From a virus: a DNA stretch of 64,000 bases. Location: positions 1 to 64,000 of the IMG/VR virus record IMGVR_UViG_3300005529_000002; one strand, written 5' to 3'. The translations under genes were made by a program, and so were the position numbers. Below are positions 54,161-63,383 of the stretch, one piece after another; within the stretch, counting starts at the first letter, position 1, and each line of letters begins with the position of its first letter. Below the pieces are notes generated by a model. The model was not told where the DNA came from. It searched no databases and worked only from the letters and a program-made list of their open reading frames with translations.

Positions 54161-54595
54161 ATGAGCTGTCCCGGCTTGCACTGCCCTGGCTGCTCAGAGG
54201 GCCAGTCGCTCGGCATCCTCGGCACAGTGGCGGTGGCCGTCATCATCGCCGATGAGACAGTCCGGTGGGCAGCCGACCGCATCTGGTGGATCGGCGGCAC
54301 GGCGGCGGCATGTTTCGCCCTGTCGGTGGCCGTGACCATGTGGCTCGAAAGACGCGCCGATGCCCGCGGAGTCCGGTACGCCGAGCTGCACGGCATCGCG
54401 TCGCGCGCCGACGTCGAGGAGCTGACCCCGGCCGGGGTCGCGTGGCTGGCGAGCCGCGAGCAGCCGCGCGCCGCACTCGGCGTCCGCGAGGTGCACTTTC
54501 ACTTCGGCGGCCTGAGCGCCGATGAGCAGGCCCACATCATCCGCACCACGCTCGCGGGGCACCCCGCTCCCGGCCCGGAGGAGATAACCAGATGA
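54161..54595 (+). CDS. Membrane protein (spread-protein-like position)
   Basis: Two TM segments; EVHFHF; GGAAGGAG RBS. Confidence 0.6.
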   Translation: MSCPGLHCPGCSEGQSLGILGTVAVAVIIADETVRWAADRIWWIGGTAAACFALSVAVTMWLERRADARGVRYAELHGIASRADVEELTPAGVAWLASREQPRAALGVREVHFHFGGLSADEQAHIIRTTLAGHPAPGPEEITR

Positions 54596-54846
54596 AGCTG
54601 TTCCGCAGGCGCGGCGTGCCTGCCAGGCCCGACTACATGACGCAGGCAGAGCACCTCCAGGAGGCCGGACGCCTGGCCTGGGTCATTGACGACGTGATGC
54701 AGTCCCGCGCGAAGCGCAGCCTCGGCGATGTGATCGCGCTCGCCCGGCTGCACCTGGAGCTCGCCCAGGTCGCGCGGCACAACGAGGGCACCCGCCTGGA
54801 TGCCCCGCTACCAGAAGGAGAAACCCCATGTCACTGCCGGAAATGA
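54592..54846 (+). CDS. Hypothetical protein
   Basis: Coupled ORF. Confidence 0.55.
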   Translation: MKLFRRRGVPARPDYMTQAEHLQEAGRLAWVIDDVMQSRAKRSLGDVIALARLHLELAQVARHNEGTRLDAPLPEGETPCHCRK

Positions 54847-55148
54847 CCCCGGAGCAGCGTGCCGAGGCGCTGCGGAAGGCCGCCGAGACGCGCAGGCTCC
54901 GCGCGGCCGAACTGGAGAAGGTCCGCAAGGGCCAGATCACTGTCACCGACGTGCTCGACAGCGGCGACTCGCTGCTGCTGCCGGTGCCCGTGCGCCGGCT
55001 GCTCCTCGCGGTTCCCGGCATCGGCCCGGCCAAGGCGGACGCCCTGCTCGACGCGATCGGCGTCAGCGCAGAGTTCCGCAAGAAGCGCCGCGTTCAGGGC
55101 CTCGGCGAGGTCCAGCGCAAGGCGCTCCGCGAGCGTCTCGCAGCCTGA
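54828..55148 (+). CDS. mihF: Actinobacterial integration host factor (mIHF/sIHF-like)
   Basis: LPEMTPEQRAEALRKAAETRR.RA..LL.AVPGIGPAKA..RRVQGLG..QRKAL. Confidence 0.9.
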   Translation: MSLPEMTPEQRAEALRKAAETRRLRAAELEKVRKGQITVTDVLDSGDSLLLPVPVRRLLLAVPGIGPAKADALLDAIGVSAEFRKKRRVQGLGEVQRKALRERLAA

Positions 55149-55158
55149 CCTGTCCCCC

Positions 55159-55200
55159 GTCCCGCATCCGCCCGGTCCCGCTTCCGGGCGGATGCGGGAC
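55159..55200. terminator. 17-bp-stem hairpin
   Basis: GTCCCGCATCCGCCCGG..CCGGGCGGATGCGGGAC. Confidence 0.55.
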
Positions 55201-55227
55201 CATCGCACCGAGAGAGGTAAGCCCAGC

Positions 55228-56115
55228 ATGACGCCCCCGGCCGCCGCCAACGGCACCCATGTCCTGACGCCGGAGTTCGTCGCGCTGCTGCGGCACCGGG
55301 AGCTTGCGGACGCCACTGCCGCAGCGACAGCGGACGCGCCGCAGCCGCGGCGGGAACCGCCATCGCTGTGGCGCCGGCAGCACCTTGACGGCGACACGGT
55401 GATCCGCATCGTGGCGGCTTCGGCAGTGCTCGGTGTCGCCGTCATCGCGGCAGTGGTCAGCTACTCGCATATCTACGACCTGGCCCGCCATCATGGCGAG
55501 TCGGGAACCGCCGCCAGGCTCCTGCCGGTGTCGGTTGACGGGCTGATCGCGTCCGCCAGCCTCGCGCTCTTGCATGCCGCCAGGAACCGCATCGACGCGC
55601 CGTGGATGGCGTACCTGATGCTGTGGCTCGGTGTCGGCGCCACGATCGCCGCCAATGTCGGGTTCGGGCTGCCTGCGGGCTGGCTGTCGGCCGTCATCGC
55701 CGCGTGGCCCGCCGCCGCGTTTGTCGGGTCGGTGGAGATGGCGCTGATGCTGGCCAGGAACAGGCGCCGGGCCGCCGCGGACTCTGGCGGGAACGGATGC
55801 CGCAAGCCGCGATGGCGGCGAAGATGGCGGGGACAGTGCGCCTGCCGCGCCGTGCCGGATGCGGACCCTCCGGCCGCCGCCCCTCAGCCGCCATCGCAGC
55901 CAGCCGCCGCCGCCCCTCAGCCGCCAGTCCGCGCCCGCAAGCCGGCACGCAAACCCGCCATGTCGGCTGCCGCCAAATCCGCCAGGGCGGATGCGGAACT
56001 GGCCGCCAGGCCGCACCTGACCAACGCTGAGATCGCCAAGCGCGCCGGAGTGTCGGAACGCACGGTGGAGCGCCGCCGCGAGGCGGCACGGAAAGCTGCG
56101 ACAATCGGATCGTGA
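55228..56115 (+). CDS. DUF2637 (SpdA-like) membrane protein with C-terminal HTH
   Basis: IAAVVSYSHI..ARLLPVSVDGLI..ATIAANV..IAAWPA; LTNAEIAKRAGVSERTVERRR. Confidence 0.85.
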   Translation: MTPPAAANGTHVLTPEFVALLRHRELADATAAATADAPQPRREPPSLWRRQHLDGDTVIRIVAASAVLGVAVIAAVVSYSHIYDLARHHGESGTAARLLPVSVDGLIASASLALLHAARNRIDAPWMAYLMLWLGVGATIAANVGFGLPAGWLSAVIAAWPAAAFVGSVEMALMLARNRRRAAADSGGNGCRKPRWRRRWRGQCACRAVPDADPPAAAPQPPSQPAAAAPQPPVRARKPARKPAMSAAAKSARADAELAARPHLTNAEIAKRAGVSERTVERRREAARKAATIGS

Positions 56116-56562
56116 ACCGGCACCATCAGACCGCGCTTGACTGGCACTGCCGCCTGTCGGTGGAGACGATGCACCCGAGGTTCTCGCGGCGGCTCTCCTC
56201 GGGCCTGTCTGTCGTGCTCACCGTGAACAGCGGCTACGAATGAATGCTCCTGGAGCTGGGCGGTCCTGTCTGGCATGCGAGCGTGGCGGGAAGCGTGATC
56301 CGGGCTGTCCTGGAACGGGAGGCTGAGCGCCAGCTCGCCGGCGTCGGCGACGCGTCCCTCGGCGAGTGGCGCGAGTGGACGGGCAAGGCGTTCCATATCC
56401 GCCGCAGGCTGACCGCGAGAGAGCAGCGGGCAGTCGGCACTGTCGTTTGACATCCGGGGCAGCGGAGAGGCCCGGATGCGGGCGGCGAGGCTCGGCCCGC
56501 TCCTCGCGCTAGCTCCGCCCGAAGTGCTCAGCGCAGAGATCGGCCCGGCTCCCGCAGCGTGA
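56112..56562 (+). pseudogene. Disrupted hypothetical gene
   Basis: In-frame TGA at 56241 and an apparent +1 frameshift at ~56448 in an otherwise continuous protein-like reading. Confidence 0.55.
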
Positions 56563-56794
56563 GCATGTCCCGGTAACCTAGACGCAGGCCATTCGGCCGC
56601 CAACTTCTCCCGCTGGACCCCTCCCCGATCGGTGCCGTTCCTTGCTGTCCCACCACGCCCATGTTCTCTTCAGCCTGCTCGCCGTCGTCGCAACCCCCCT
56701 CGTCACCGGAGTGATCCTGTGGCGCTCGGACCACCTCGACCACCCGCGCAGCCAGGATGATGAGCCGGGCACCGGAGAGGAGGAGGACCGGCCG

Positions 56795-57094
56795 CTACCG
56801 GCCGCGCGGCTCCCCGAGGTCTGCCCCGTCGATGACGAGCAGCCCGTCCGCGAGCCGTTCCGCTTCGGCGACTGCGGCGAGGATGCCCTCCGCGTCCAGG
56901 GTCACGGCTGCCTCCGGCTGGATCACCACGGTCCCGCCGCGGAGTCCGGCAGCGGACACGAGCCGGCGCACCGCCTCGGTGAAGTACTCGAGGTCATCTG
57001 ACCTGACCCCGCCCGGGAGCCTGAGGCGGACCACGACGGGGCGCGTGACCGCACCGGGGGCGGGGAACAGGGGCGCGGGCCCGTCAGTGCTCAT
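56795..57094 (-). CDS. Hypothetical protein
   Basis: Protein-like ORF. Confidence 0.45.
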   Translation of the reverse strand: MSTDGPAPLFPAPGAVTRPVVVRLRLPGGVRSDDLEYFTEAVRRLVSAAGLRGGTVVIQPEAAVTLDAEGILAAVAEAERLADGLLVIDGADLGEPRGR

Positions 57095-57173
57095 GGGTGC
57101 ACGGTAACGCCGGGGTCTGACATTCCCGCGCGGCGTGTTGGCAGCATCCGTCCCGGTCGGTGATCATGTGCGC

Positions 57174-58385
57174 ATGGCGCGCGGCAACTACTGGGAATAC
57201 TCGTTCCGGAGCAGCGAATCCCTCCGTGAGCAGGACCGGCGGCAGAATGGCGCGGCTCACGACCCGGCGCAGGCCGGCGCGGGTGACCACCGCTGCGAAC
57301 GCGGCGACTGGTGCGTCGCGAGGACACGCGGTGAGGACGGGATCTGGCGTCCCGCGCTCACCTATCAGGTGTTCTGCCAGTCTGACGAGAAAGTGATCAG
57401 CGAGCAGGCCGCCCAGATGCCTGGCATGTGGCTGGAACTGGCGGCGAGGATCGGCGACCCGCTGCGCACAGGCCGGCCCTCCGGGCGCCGGCCGCCGGGC
57501 TCCCGGGTGCTGATCTCCGGCGTGGTCGACGCGCTCCAGCAGGAGATCGCCGCGGTCCTCGGCGCCTGGGCGGCCAGGACACGTGCGATCCCCGGCCTGG
57601 ACCTGTCGGCCGCACGGCACGCGCCGGGGACGCTGCGGCGCATCGCGGAGGACTGCGCGGTACTGGCGAAGCACACCGGCCCCCTGCTGGCGCTCACCCC
57701 CGGCCCGGTAACCCGCATCTACGACCTGCCCGCGGCGGCGCGCGAAGACGGGCTGGACCGGGCGAAGGCTACATGCCGCCACTGCGGGCGCGTCATCACC
57801 CAGTCGCCGGTATCGAAATGGTGGTGGGCGCCTGCTGCCGGGATGCGGACTCACGCGACAGATTTCTGCGGCCACGACCCGCAGCCGGGAAGCCTCACCG
57901 CGCTCCCGCGGCACGGTCCTGTGCCCGATGACCTCGCGGAGGAGATCGGCGGCCAGGAAATCGTCACCGCCGGCGACGGCTGGGTGAAGGTGGTCCGCGA
58001 CCGCGCCGGCAAAGACGCAGGCGCGGAGATCCTGGACCTGCACTACCGGTCGCGCAGGCTCACCGGGCACACCCCGGCGCAGCGGGAAGCGTTCGACGGG
58101 GTGCCGTGCCGGCGCATCAGCTGCGAGGAGTTCGCCCTCGAACGGGCCGCGCCCCCGTCTGACCCGTCGGTCCCGGCGATGCATTCCCGCTGCTCGGCGT
58201 GCGGCGACGAGATGGACAAGCAGGAGTACGACCAGCAGGCGAAACGGTGGGCGTCCAGCCCCGGGGTGCAGGTGTGCAGGCGCTGCTCGGCCGCCGCCCC
58301 GGCGCATGATGACTGCCGGTGGACGGCGTGCGCATGCAGCGAGGCTCCGCACCCGCGCCGCCCGGCCGCCCGCCCAGCCGCGTGA
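57174..58385 (+). CDS. Multi-Zn-finger protein, putative late transcription activator/antiterminator
   Basis: Several CxxC motifs; immediately precedes a promoter-terminator element and the late genes. Confidence 0.6.
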   Translation: MARGNYWEYSFRSSESLREQDRRQNGAAHDPAQAGAGDHRCERGDWCVARTRGEDGIWRPALTYQVFCQSDEKVISEQAAQMPGMWLELAARIGDPLRTGRPSGRRPPGSRVLISGVVDALQQEIAAVLGAWAARTRAIPGLDLSAARHAPGTLRRIAEDCAVLAKHTGPLLALTPGPVTRIYDLPAAAREDGLDRAKATCRHCGRVITQSPVSKWWWAPAAGMRTHATDFCGHDPQPGSLTALPRHGPVPDDLAEEIGGQEIVTAGDGWVKVVRDRAGKDAGAEILDLHYRSRRLTGHTPAQREAFDGVPCRRISCEEFALERAAPPSDPSVPAMHSRCSACGDEMDKQEYDQQAKRWASSPGVQVCRRCSAAAPAHDDCRWTACACSEAPHPRRPAARPAA

Positions 58386-58397
58386 CCCGAGGGGTAT

Positions 58398-58476
58398 TTG
58401 ATTTTCCGGTGATGGGGTGCAACACTGAACGCGTCCCTGGTGGAGTGTCCCCGGAGCGCGGTGCGCCCGGGGTTTT
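58398..58476 (+). promoter_or_regulatory. Putative late promoter followed by a terminator hairpin
   Basis: TTGATT-17nt-AACACT, then CCCCGGAGCGC-GGT-GCGCCCGGGG-TTTT. Confidence 0.5.
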
Positions 58477-58496
58477 CTGCTGTTCCGGGGGTGGTC

Positions 58497-58760
58497 ATGC
58501 GGCCAGCCCGGGGCGACGGGATGCTCACCACCCCGCAAGCGGCCCGGCTCGTCGGCGTCTCCCCGGCCACGGTCCGCTCATGGCGTAACCGCGGGTATCT
58601 CGCCCCGCAGGGCCTTGACGAGCGCGGCAACCCGCTGCACACCCCCGAAGCGGTGCGCGCCGCCGAGCGGCTGGTCCGCGAGCACGGCATCAAGGCGTCG
58701 GGAATCGACCCGCGGCTGCTCCGCAAGTCCGCGCGGGGACCCCGCGACCTCGCCGCCTGA
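58497..58760 (+). CDS. MerR-type HTH protein
   Basis: LTTPQAARLVGVSPATVRSWRNRGYL.P.GLDERG.PL. Confidence 0.8.
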   Translation: MRPARGDGMLTTPQAARLVGVSPATVRSWRNRGYLAPQGLDERGNPLHTPEAVRAAERLVREHGIKASGIDPRLLRKSARGPRDLAA

Positions 58761-58786
58761 CCTGTGTTCCCGCCTGGAGGTGGCCG

Positions 58787-59299
58787 GTGACCGCCTCCGC
58801 TTCCCTTGAACCTGGCGACTACGTGGTGGTGCGGAGCAACGCTTTCGCCGGCCGGATCATCCGGGCATTTACCCGCAGCTGGGCGGACCACGCGTTCGTG
58901 TACGCGGGTGACGGCCAGATCCTGGAATCGACGCCGCGCCGTGGCGTCCGCCAGTCCCCTCTGAGCAGCTACGCCGGGCTGAAAGCCGCCGCGAACCTCG
59001 GAGACGTGCTGACCGGCACCGAACGCGCCGCTGTCGTCCTCGCCGCCCGCTCATACGTGGGCGATGACTACGGCTGGCGCGAGATAGTGCTGATCACGCT
59101 GCGCCGCCTGGGGTTCCGCTGGTCCTGGCTGGTACGGCCGGACAAGACCGAGCTCATCTGTTCCGAGCTGGTTGCGCTGGCCTATGGGATGGCGGGGCTG
59201 GAACTGCTGTGCGGGGAGCCGTCAGCGGCGTACGTGACCCCGGCGGACCTCGCTGACCGGGACGGCATGGAACCGGTGCAGATCGGAGAGACGGCATGA
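58787..59299 (+). CDS. Permuted papain-like NlpC/P60 (YiiX/YebB-like) protein
   Basis: PGD..DHAFVY..E..GV..YVG..Y..ICSELVA.AY..TPADL. Confidence 0.85.
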   Translation: MTASASLEPGDYVVVRSNAFAGRIIRAFTRSWADHAFVYAGDGQILESTPRRGVRQSPLSSYAGLKAAANLGDVLTGTERAAVVLAARSYVGDDYGWREIVLITLRRLGFRWSWLVRPDKTELICSELVALAYGMAGLELLCGEPSAAYVTPADLADRDGMEPVQIGETA

Positions 59300-59544
59300 C
59301 AGCTGACGAGCTGCTGCGGCGGGCCGCGGCTTGCCAGGCGTGCGGCAAGGAGCACAGGTACCGCGCGATCTCGTCGAATCAGGCGACCTGGGCATCTCCG
59401 GAGGACGGCCACGCATACAGGCCGGTCCTCGACGCTGACACTGTCGCGAAGCTCCGCTGCCTGGCGACGGGCGAGTATGTCAGCCCGTGGGCGAATCCGG
59501 TATCGCTCAAGAGGTCCCTCGCGGACCGGGTACTAAGGGTCTGA
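59296..59544 (+). CDS. Hypothetical protein
   Basis: Coupled ORF. Confidence 0.55.
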   Translation: MTADELLRRAAACQACGKEHRYRAISSNQATWASPEDGHAYRPVLDADTVAKLRCLATGEYVSPWANPVSLKRSLADRVLRV

Positions 59545-59779
59545 CCGGTGGCCCGTATCTGCTCGCAATGCAGGCAGCCAGTCGCCCCGGTGAACGAGTG
59601 CATCTGCCCCGACGACGAGGACGACGCGCAGGGCAGCGGGGACGAGCGCGACTGCGCCTGATGGACTCCTCCGATCCGGCGCGTGACGCGATACATCAGG
59701 CTCTCCAGCAGCACATGCCGAAAGGCTCCGAGGCGGTCCTGACCGGCTGGGTAGTGATCGCCGAGTGGATGGACGCGGG

Positions 59780-60100
59780 TCACGTCCCGAGCCATGAGGG
59801 ATCGCCGGCGTCGATCTCAAGCTGGCCGCCTCCGAACGGCGCGGTGATCTTGCGCCGGGGGCGGGGCTCGCGTTCAGCGGCGCGGCGCTCGAATGCCCGC
59901 CGCCGCTGTTCTTCGGCTTCAGCGAACGCCAGCCAGTCGTCGCAGTCAATGAGCCGCCCGTCCGGGAACTGGACGCCAGCCGGCGAAGCGGTTCCGTCAT
60001 AGGTCATGGCTACGGCGGTGCCGGCTGCTTCCTCCTCGCTGTCCCAGATGTCGTAGTGCATCTGGTGATGCCGCCAGAACCACAGCGCTACCTCGCTCAC
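59780..60100 (-). CDS. Hypothetical protein
   Basis: Part of a reverse-oriented three-gene cassette. Confidence 0.55.
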   Translation of the reverse strand: MSEVALWFWRHHQMHYDIWDSEEEAAGTAVAMTYDGTASPAGVQFPDGRLIDCDDWLAFAEAEEQRRRAFERRAAEREPRPRRKITAPFGGGQLEIDAGDPSWLGT

Positions 60101-60273
60101 AGCCACCCCTTCGACGCCCGTCCGACCTTGCGCCTGACCTGACGCGGGGCGAGCCTCTTCACCAGCCCTGCGACGCCGCCCCGCTGGAAGGCCAGGAGAT
60201 CACCCAGGGTCCTGTCTGTGAGGTAGAGGTTCCGTTCCGCCTTGCGGAGCCCGCCGGTCCTGCTGCGTGCCAT
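60097..60273 (-). CDS. Small basic hypothetical protein
   Basis: LY..RTLGDL.A..RGG..LVKRL..R.V.R. Confidence 0.55.
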   Translation of the reverse strand: MARSRTGGLRKAERNLYLTDRTLGDLLAFQRGGVAGLVKRLAPRQVRRKVGRASKGWL

Positions 60274-60464
60274 CACTGGCCTCCCGCTTTCGCTTGCCGG
60301 TCCCTGAGCGCCCGCTGCGCCATCACCTTCGCGCATGCCCTAGAGCAGTACACGGCGTCGGCGCGGCGGTTCCTGAACGGCTTGCTGCAGTCCTGGCGCG
60401 CGCATGTCCGCGCGACCGGTCTCGGGCGACCGCACTCCGGGCATGGCTCCGTGGCAACCTTCAC
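60273..60464 (-). CDS. CGNR-like Zn-finger protein
   Basis: CARQDCSKPF..RADAVYCSRAC..QRALRDR. Confidence 0.6.
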   Translation of the reverse strand: MKVATEPCPECGRPRPVARTCARQDCSKPFRNRRADAVYCSRACAKVMAQRALRDRQAKAGGQ

Positions 60465-60602
60465 AAAGTTATCGTACCACGGTGATACGGTTCTAGCGCG
60501 CTGAAATACCACGGACCTTTACCCGCCTGTCAAGCCCAGCCTGATACCCGGGCACGGCAGCCAGCGTGACCCCCATGCGATCAGCCCGGGGAGGCCAACC
60601 CG

Positions 60603-61190
60603 ATGCCAACCTCGGACGAGCCCGGACAGCGCGGCAAGTGGTGCGCCGAGCACCAGCGGTACGAGTGCGTCAGCCCCTGCAAGGACCGCACCCCCTGCCA
60701 CAGCCCCCGCATGGTGACCGGCACCGAAAAATGCCGGATGCACCTGGGGAAGAAAGCGCAGCCGGTCATCGCCGAAGCCAGGATCGAGCAGGCCGCACGG
60801 AAACTCCTCTACCAGCACGACGCCGCCCCCGTAGCTGACCCGCTCGAAGCACTCCAGCGGCTCGCCGGCCGTGCCCTCGCTCTCGAGGAGACCATCGGCA
60901 CGCTCGTCAACGATCTCCGCTCGCTCCGGTACGAGACCGAGGCGGGCGGGGAGCAGCTCCGCGGCGAAGTGGCCGTGCTCGAGCGGGCGATGGACCGTGC
61001 CGGGCGCCTGCTAGTGGATATCGCGAAGCTGAACATCGAGGAACGGCTCGCGAAAGTCACGATGCGGCAGGCGCAGATGGCGATGGACGCGCTCGCGGCG
61101 GCGATGGCAGGCATGGGGATGAGCGCGGATCAGCAGCAGGAGGCGCGGAGGCGTGTCGCCCGTCACCTCCGTCTTGTCCCCGCCGCTTAG
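60603..61190 (+). CDS. Terminase small subunit (putative)
   Basis: C..PC..G..CRMHLG; EQLRGEVAVLERAMDR..IAKLNIEERLA; precedes terL. Confidence 0.75.
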   Translation: MPTSDEPGQRGKWCAEHQRYECVSPCKDRTPCHSPRMVTGTEKCRMHLGKKAQPVIAEARIEQAARKLLYQHDAAPVADPLEALQRLAGRALALEETIGTLVNDLRSLRYETEAGGEQLRGEVAVLERAMDRAGRLLVDIAKLNIEERLAKVTMRQAQMAMDALAAAMAGMGMSADQQQEARRRVARHLRLVPAA

Positions 61191-62853
61191 CACGGACCCG
61201 TTCGCGGCAGCGCTGGCCGGCCGGCTCGACCCGCCGCCGCCCCGGATCCCGGAACGCCAGTGGGGGACGCCCGGCGAGCTTGCGCGGGCCGTGGATCCGT
61301 CCACGGTGCAGACACCGGCGCTGGACCTGATCGATGAGGCGCTCGTCTGGGCGTACTCCACGCCCGGTGCCAGGCTGATCGTGTCGATCGGGCCTCAGGA
61401 AGGCAAGTCGACCAGGATCTCCAAGGTCGGGGTGCTGTGGGCGCTGATCCGCAACCCCGAGACGCGGATCGGGATCGTCTCCTACGCGCAGCCTCTCGCG
61501 GAGTCTTTCGGCCGGGAGATCCGGAACTGGATCACCACGTTCAACGGCGATGACGGTGCGCTGGACCTGGGCTTGCGCATCGCCCCGGATTACGGGTCGG
61601 CGAAGCGCTGGCAGCTCGCGGGGCACCGGGGCGGCGTGCTGTGCGCGGGTCTCCAGGGCGGGATATCGGGGCGCCCGCTCGACACGCTCCTGATCGACGA
61701 CCCGTTCGCCGACCGCAAGCAGGCCGACTCGGCCTACTACCGCGAGCTTGTCTGGGAATGGTGGCGTTCGGTCGGTTCCCGGCGCCTGTCACCTGACGGC
61801 CCGGTGATCCAGGTGGCTACCCGCTGGCACGAGGATGACCTTGCCGGGCGGATGCTCGCGGCCGAGGACGGCCACCGCTGGCGGCTGGTCAACATCCCGG
61901 CGCTGGCTGACCATGACCCGGCGAAAGGGCAGTCTGACCCGCTCGGCCGGGAACCGGGGCAGTGGCTCAGGTCCGCCCGCGGGCGGACTGATGCGCAGTG
62001 GGAGCAGATCCGGATCGAATCCGGGTCGCGGAACTTCGCCGCCCTGTACCAGGGGCGCCCGTCTCCCGATGCGGGGAACGTGTGGAAGCGCCCGTGGTGG
62101 CGCAGGTACCGCGAGCCGCTGTGGTCCCAGCATCCCCAGGTCCCCGGCGCGTACCTGGTCCGCGACGTGGATGAGCTCGTCATGTCGTGGGACATGACGT
62201 TCAAGGACACTAAAGGCTCCGACTTTGTCGCCGGCGGCCTGCTGGCGCGCCGCGGCGCGGACGTGTTCCTGCTCGACGTGATCCGCAAGCGGCTGTCGTT
62301 CCCTGACACCCTGACCGCCTTCGCCGCGTTCTGTGCCCGGTGGCCCGGCGCTACCGCGAAATACGTCGAGGACAAGGCCAACGGGCCGGCGGTCATCTCG
62401 ACGCTGCGGTCGAAAATCCCCGGCATTGTCGCGGTCAACCCGAAGGACTCCAAGTACGGGCGGGCGACCGCGGTCGCGCCGTTCGTGGAAGCCGGGAACG
62501 TCCTGGTGCCGGACGCGGAGATCGCGCTTTTCGACCCTGAGGAACTGATCTCCGAAGCGGCGGCATTCCCTAACGGCTCGCATGACGACCTCGTGGACAT
62601 GATGAGCCAGGGACTCGCGGAGCTGCTGTTGGACGGGACCGGCGCTCAGGCGTGGATCGAGTGGGCGCGGAAGAAGGCCCTCGCCGCGCAGGGGACAGCG
62701 CCGGAGGCCGGCGCGCCGGAACCGGAACCGGAACCGGAACCGGAACCGGACCCTGAACCCGGTGTGCCGCTCACCCCGGAGCAGGCGAGGAAACAGGCAC
62801 GGGACGAGATGTACCGGCAGCAGCGGGAAAGGGCAGCTTCTTGGCAGAGGTAG
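61153..62853 (+). CDS. terL: Terminase large subunit
   Basis: GPQEGKS, LIDDP, TRWHEDDL, ALYQGRP, SWDMTFK, VEDKANG and FPNGSHDDLVD. Confidence 0.95.
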   Translation: MSPVTSVLSPPLSTDPFAAALAGRLDPPPPRIPERQWGTPGELARAVDPSTVQTPALDLIDEALVWAYSTPGARLIVSIGPQEGKSTRISKVGVLWALIRNPETRIGIVSYAQPLAESFGREIRNWITTFNGDDGALDLGLRIAPDYGSAKRWQLAGHRGGVLCAGLQGGISGRPLDTLLIDDPFADRKQADSAYYRELVWEWWRSVGSRRLSPDGPVIQVATRWHEDDLAGRMLAAEDGHRWRLVNIPALADHDPAKGQSDPLGREPGQWLRSARGRTDAQWEQIRIESGSRNFAALYQGRPSPDAGNVWKRPWWRRYREPLWSQHPQVPGAYLVRDVDELVMSWDMTFKDTKGSDFVAGGLLARRGADVFLLDVIRKRLSFPDTLTAFAAFCARWPGATAKYVEDKANGPAVISTLRSKIPGIVAVNPKDSKYGRATAVAPFVEAGNVLVPDAEIALFDPEELISEAAAFPNGSHDDLVDMMSQGLAELLLDGTGAQAWIEWARKKALAAQGTAPEAGAPEPEPEPEPEPDPEPGVPLTPEQARKQARDEMYRQQRERAASWQR

Positions 62854-63383
62854 CGCGGCAGCAGGCGACGTTCGAGTTCGAGACGGACGGGCCGCCATGG
62901 AAGGGCACTGTGGCCGTCAACGGGCACAGGGTCATGAACGCCGCGTCTTTCGACGTTCACCTGGACTGCGAGTCGGTCCCCGTCGTGACCTTGAACCTGC
63001 TCTGCGCTGATGCGCTGCGGCTCGCGTTCAAGGACGCGGCACTGGTCCGGCTCGGAGACGAGACGCGGGATGGGCTTGTTTCCCTGGGCTGGACGCCGCC
63101 ACCAGGAGAGGGTGGCCAGCGCCAGCGTATCGCCCTCCGTATCGCCTGGAGCGAGGACGGCACGGAACGCGCGGAGCTGTTCGGCCCGTGGGTATCCGGC
63201 GAGGACCAGGAAGACCTGTCGCACGTGCGGGCAGCGCTTGCTTTCGCCGCCAGATGGCGGGACGCTACCGGCCTGGAGCCTGCCGACGTGACTGCGATCG
63301 TGCTGAACGACCCGGACGGCTGGCTCGCGGAACAGGCCCCGGCCGCAGCGGCGCGCCCCTGCGGCACCGAGTGCGACTGCTGA
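62841..63383 (+). CDS. Hypothetical protein (paralog 1)
   Basis: N-domain similar to the next gene. Confidence 0.65.
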   Translation: MAEVARQQATFEFETDGPPWKGTVAVNGHRVMNAASFDVHLDCESVPVVTLNLLCADALRLAFKDAALVRLGDETRDGLVSLGWTPPPGEGGQRQRIALRIAWSEDGTERAELFGPWVSGEDQEDLSHVRAALAFAARWRDATGLEPADVTAIVLNDPDGWLAEQAPAAAARPCGTECDC

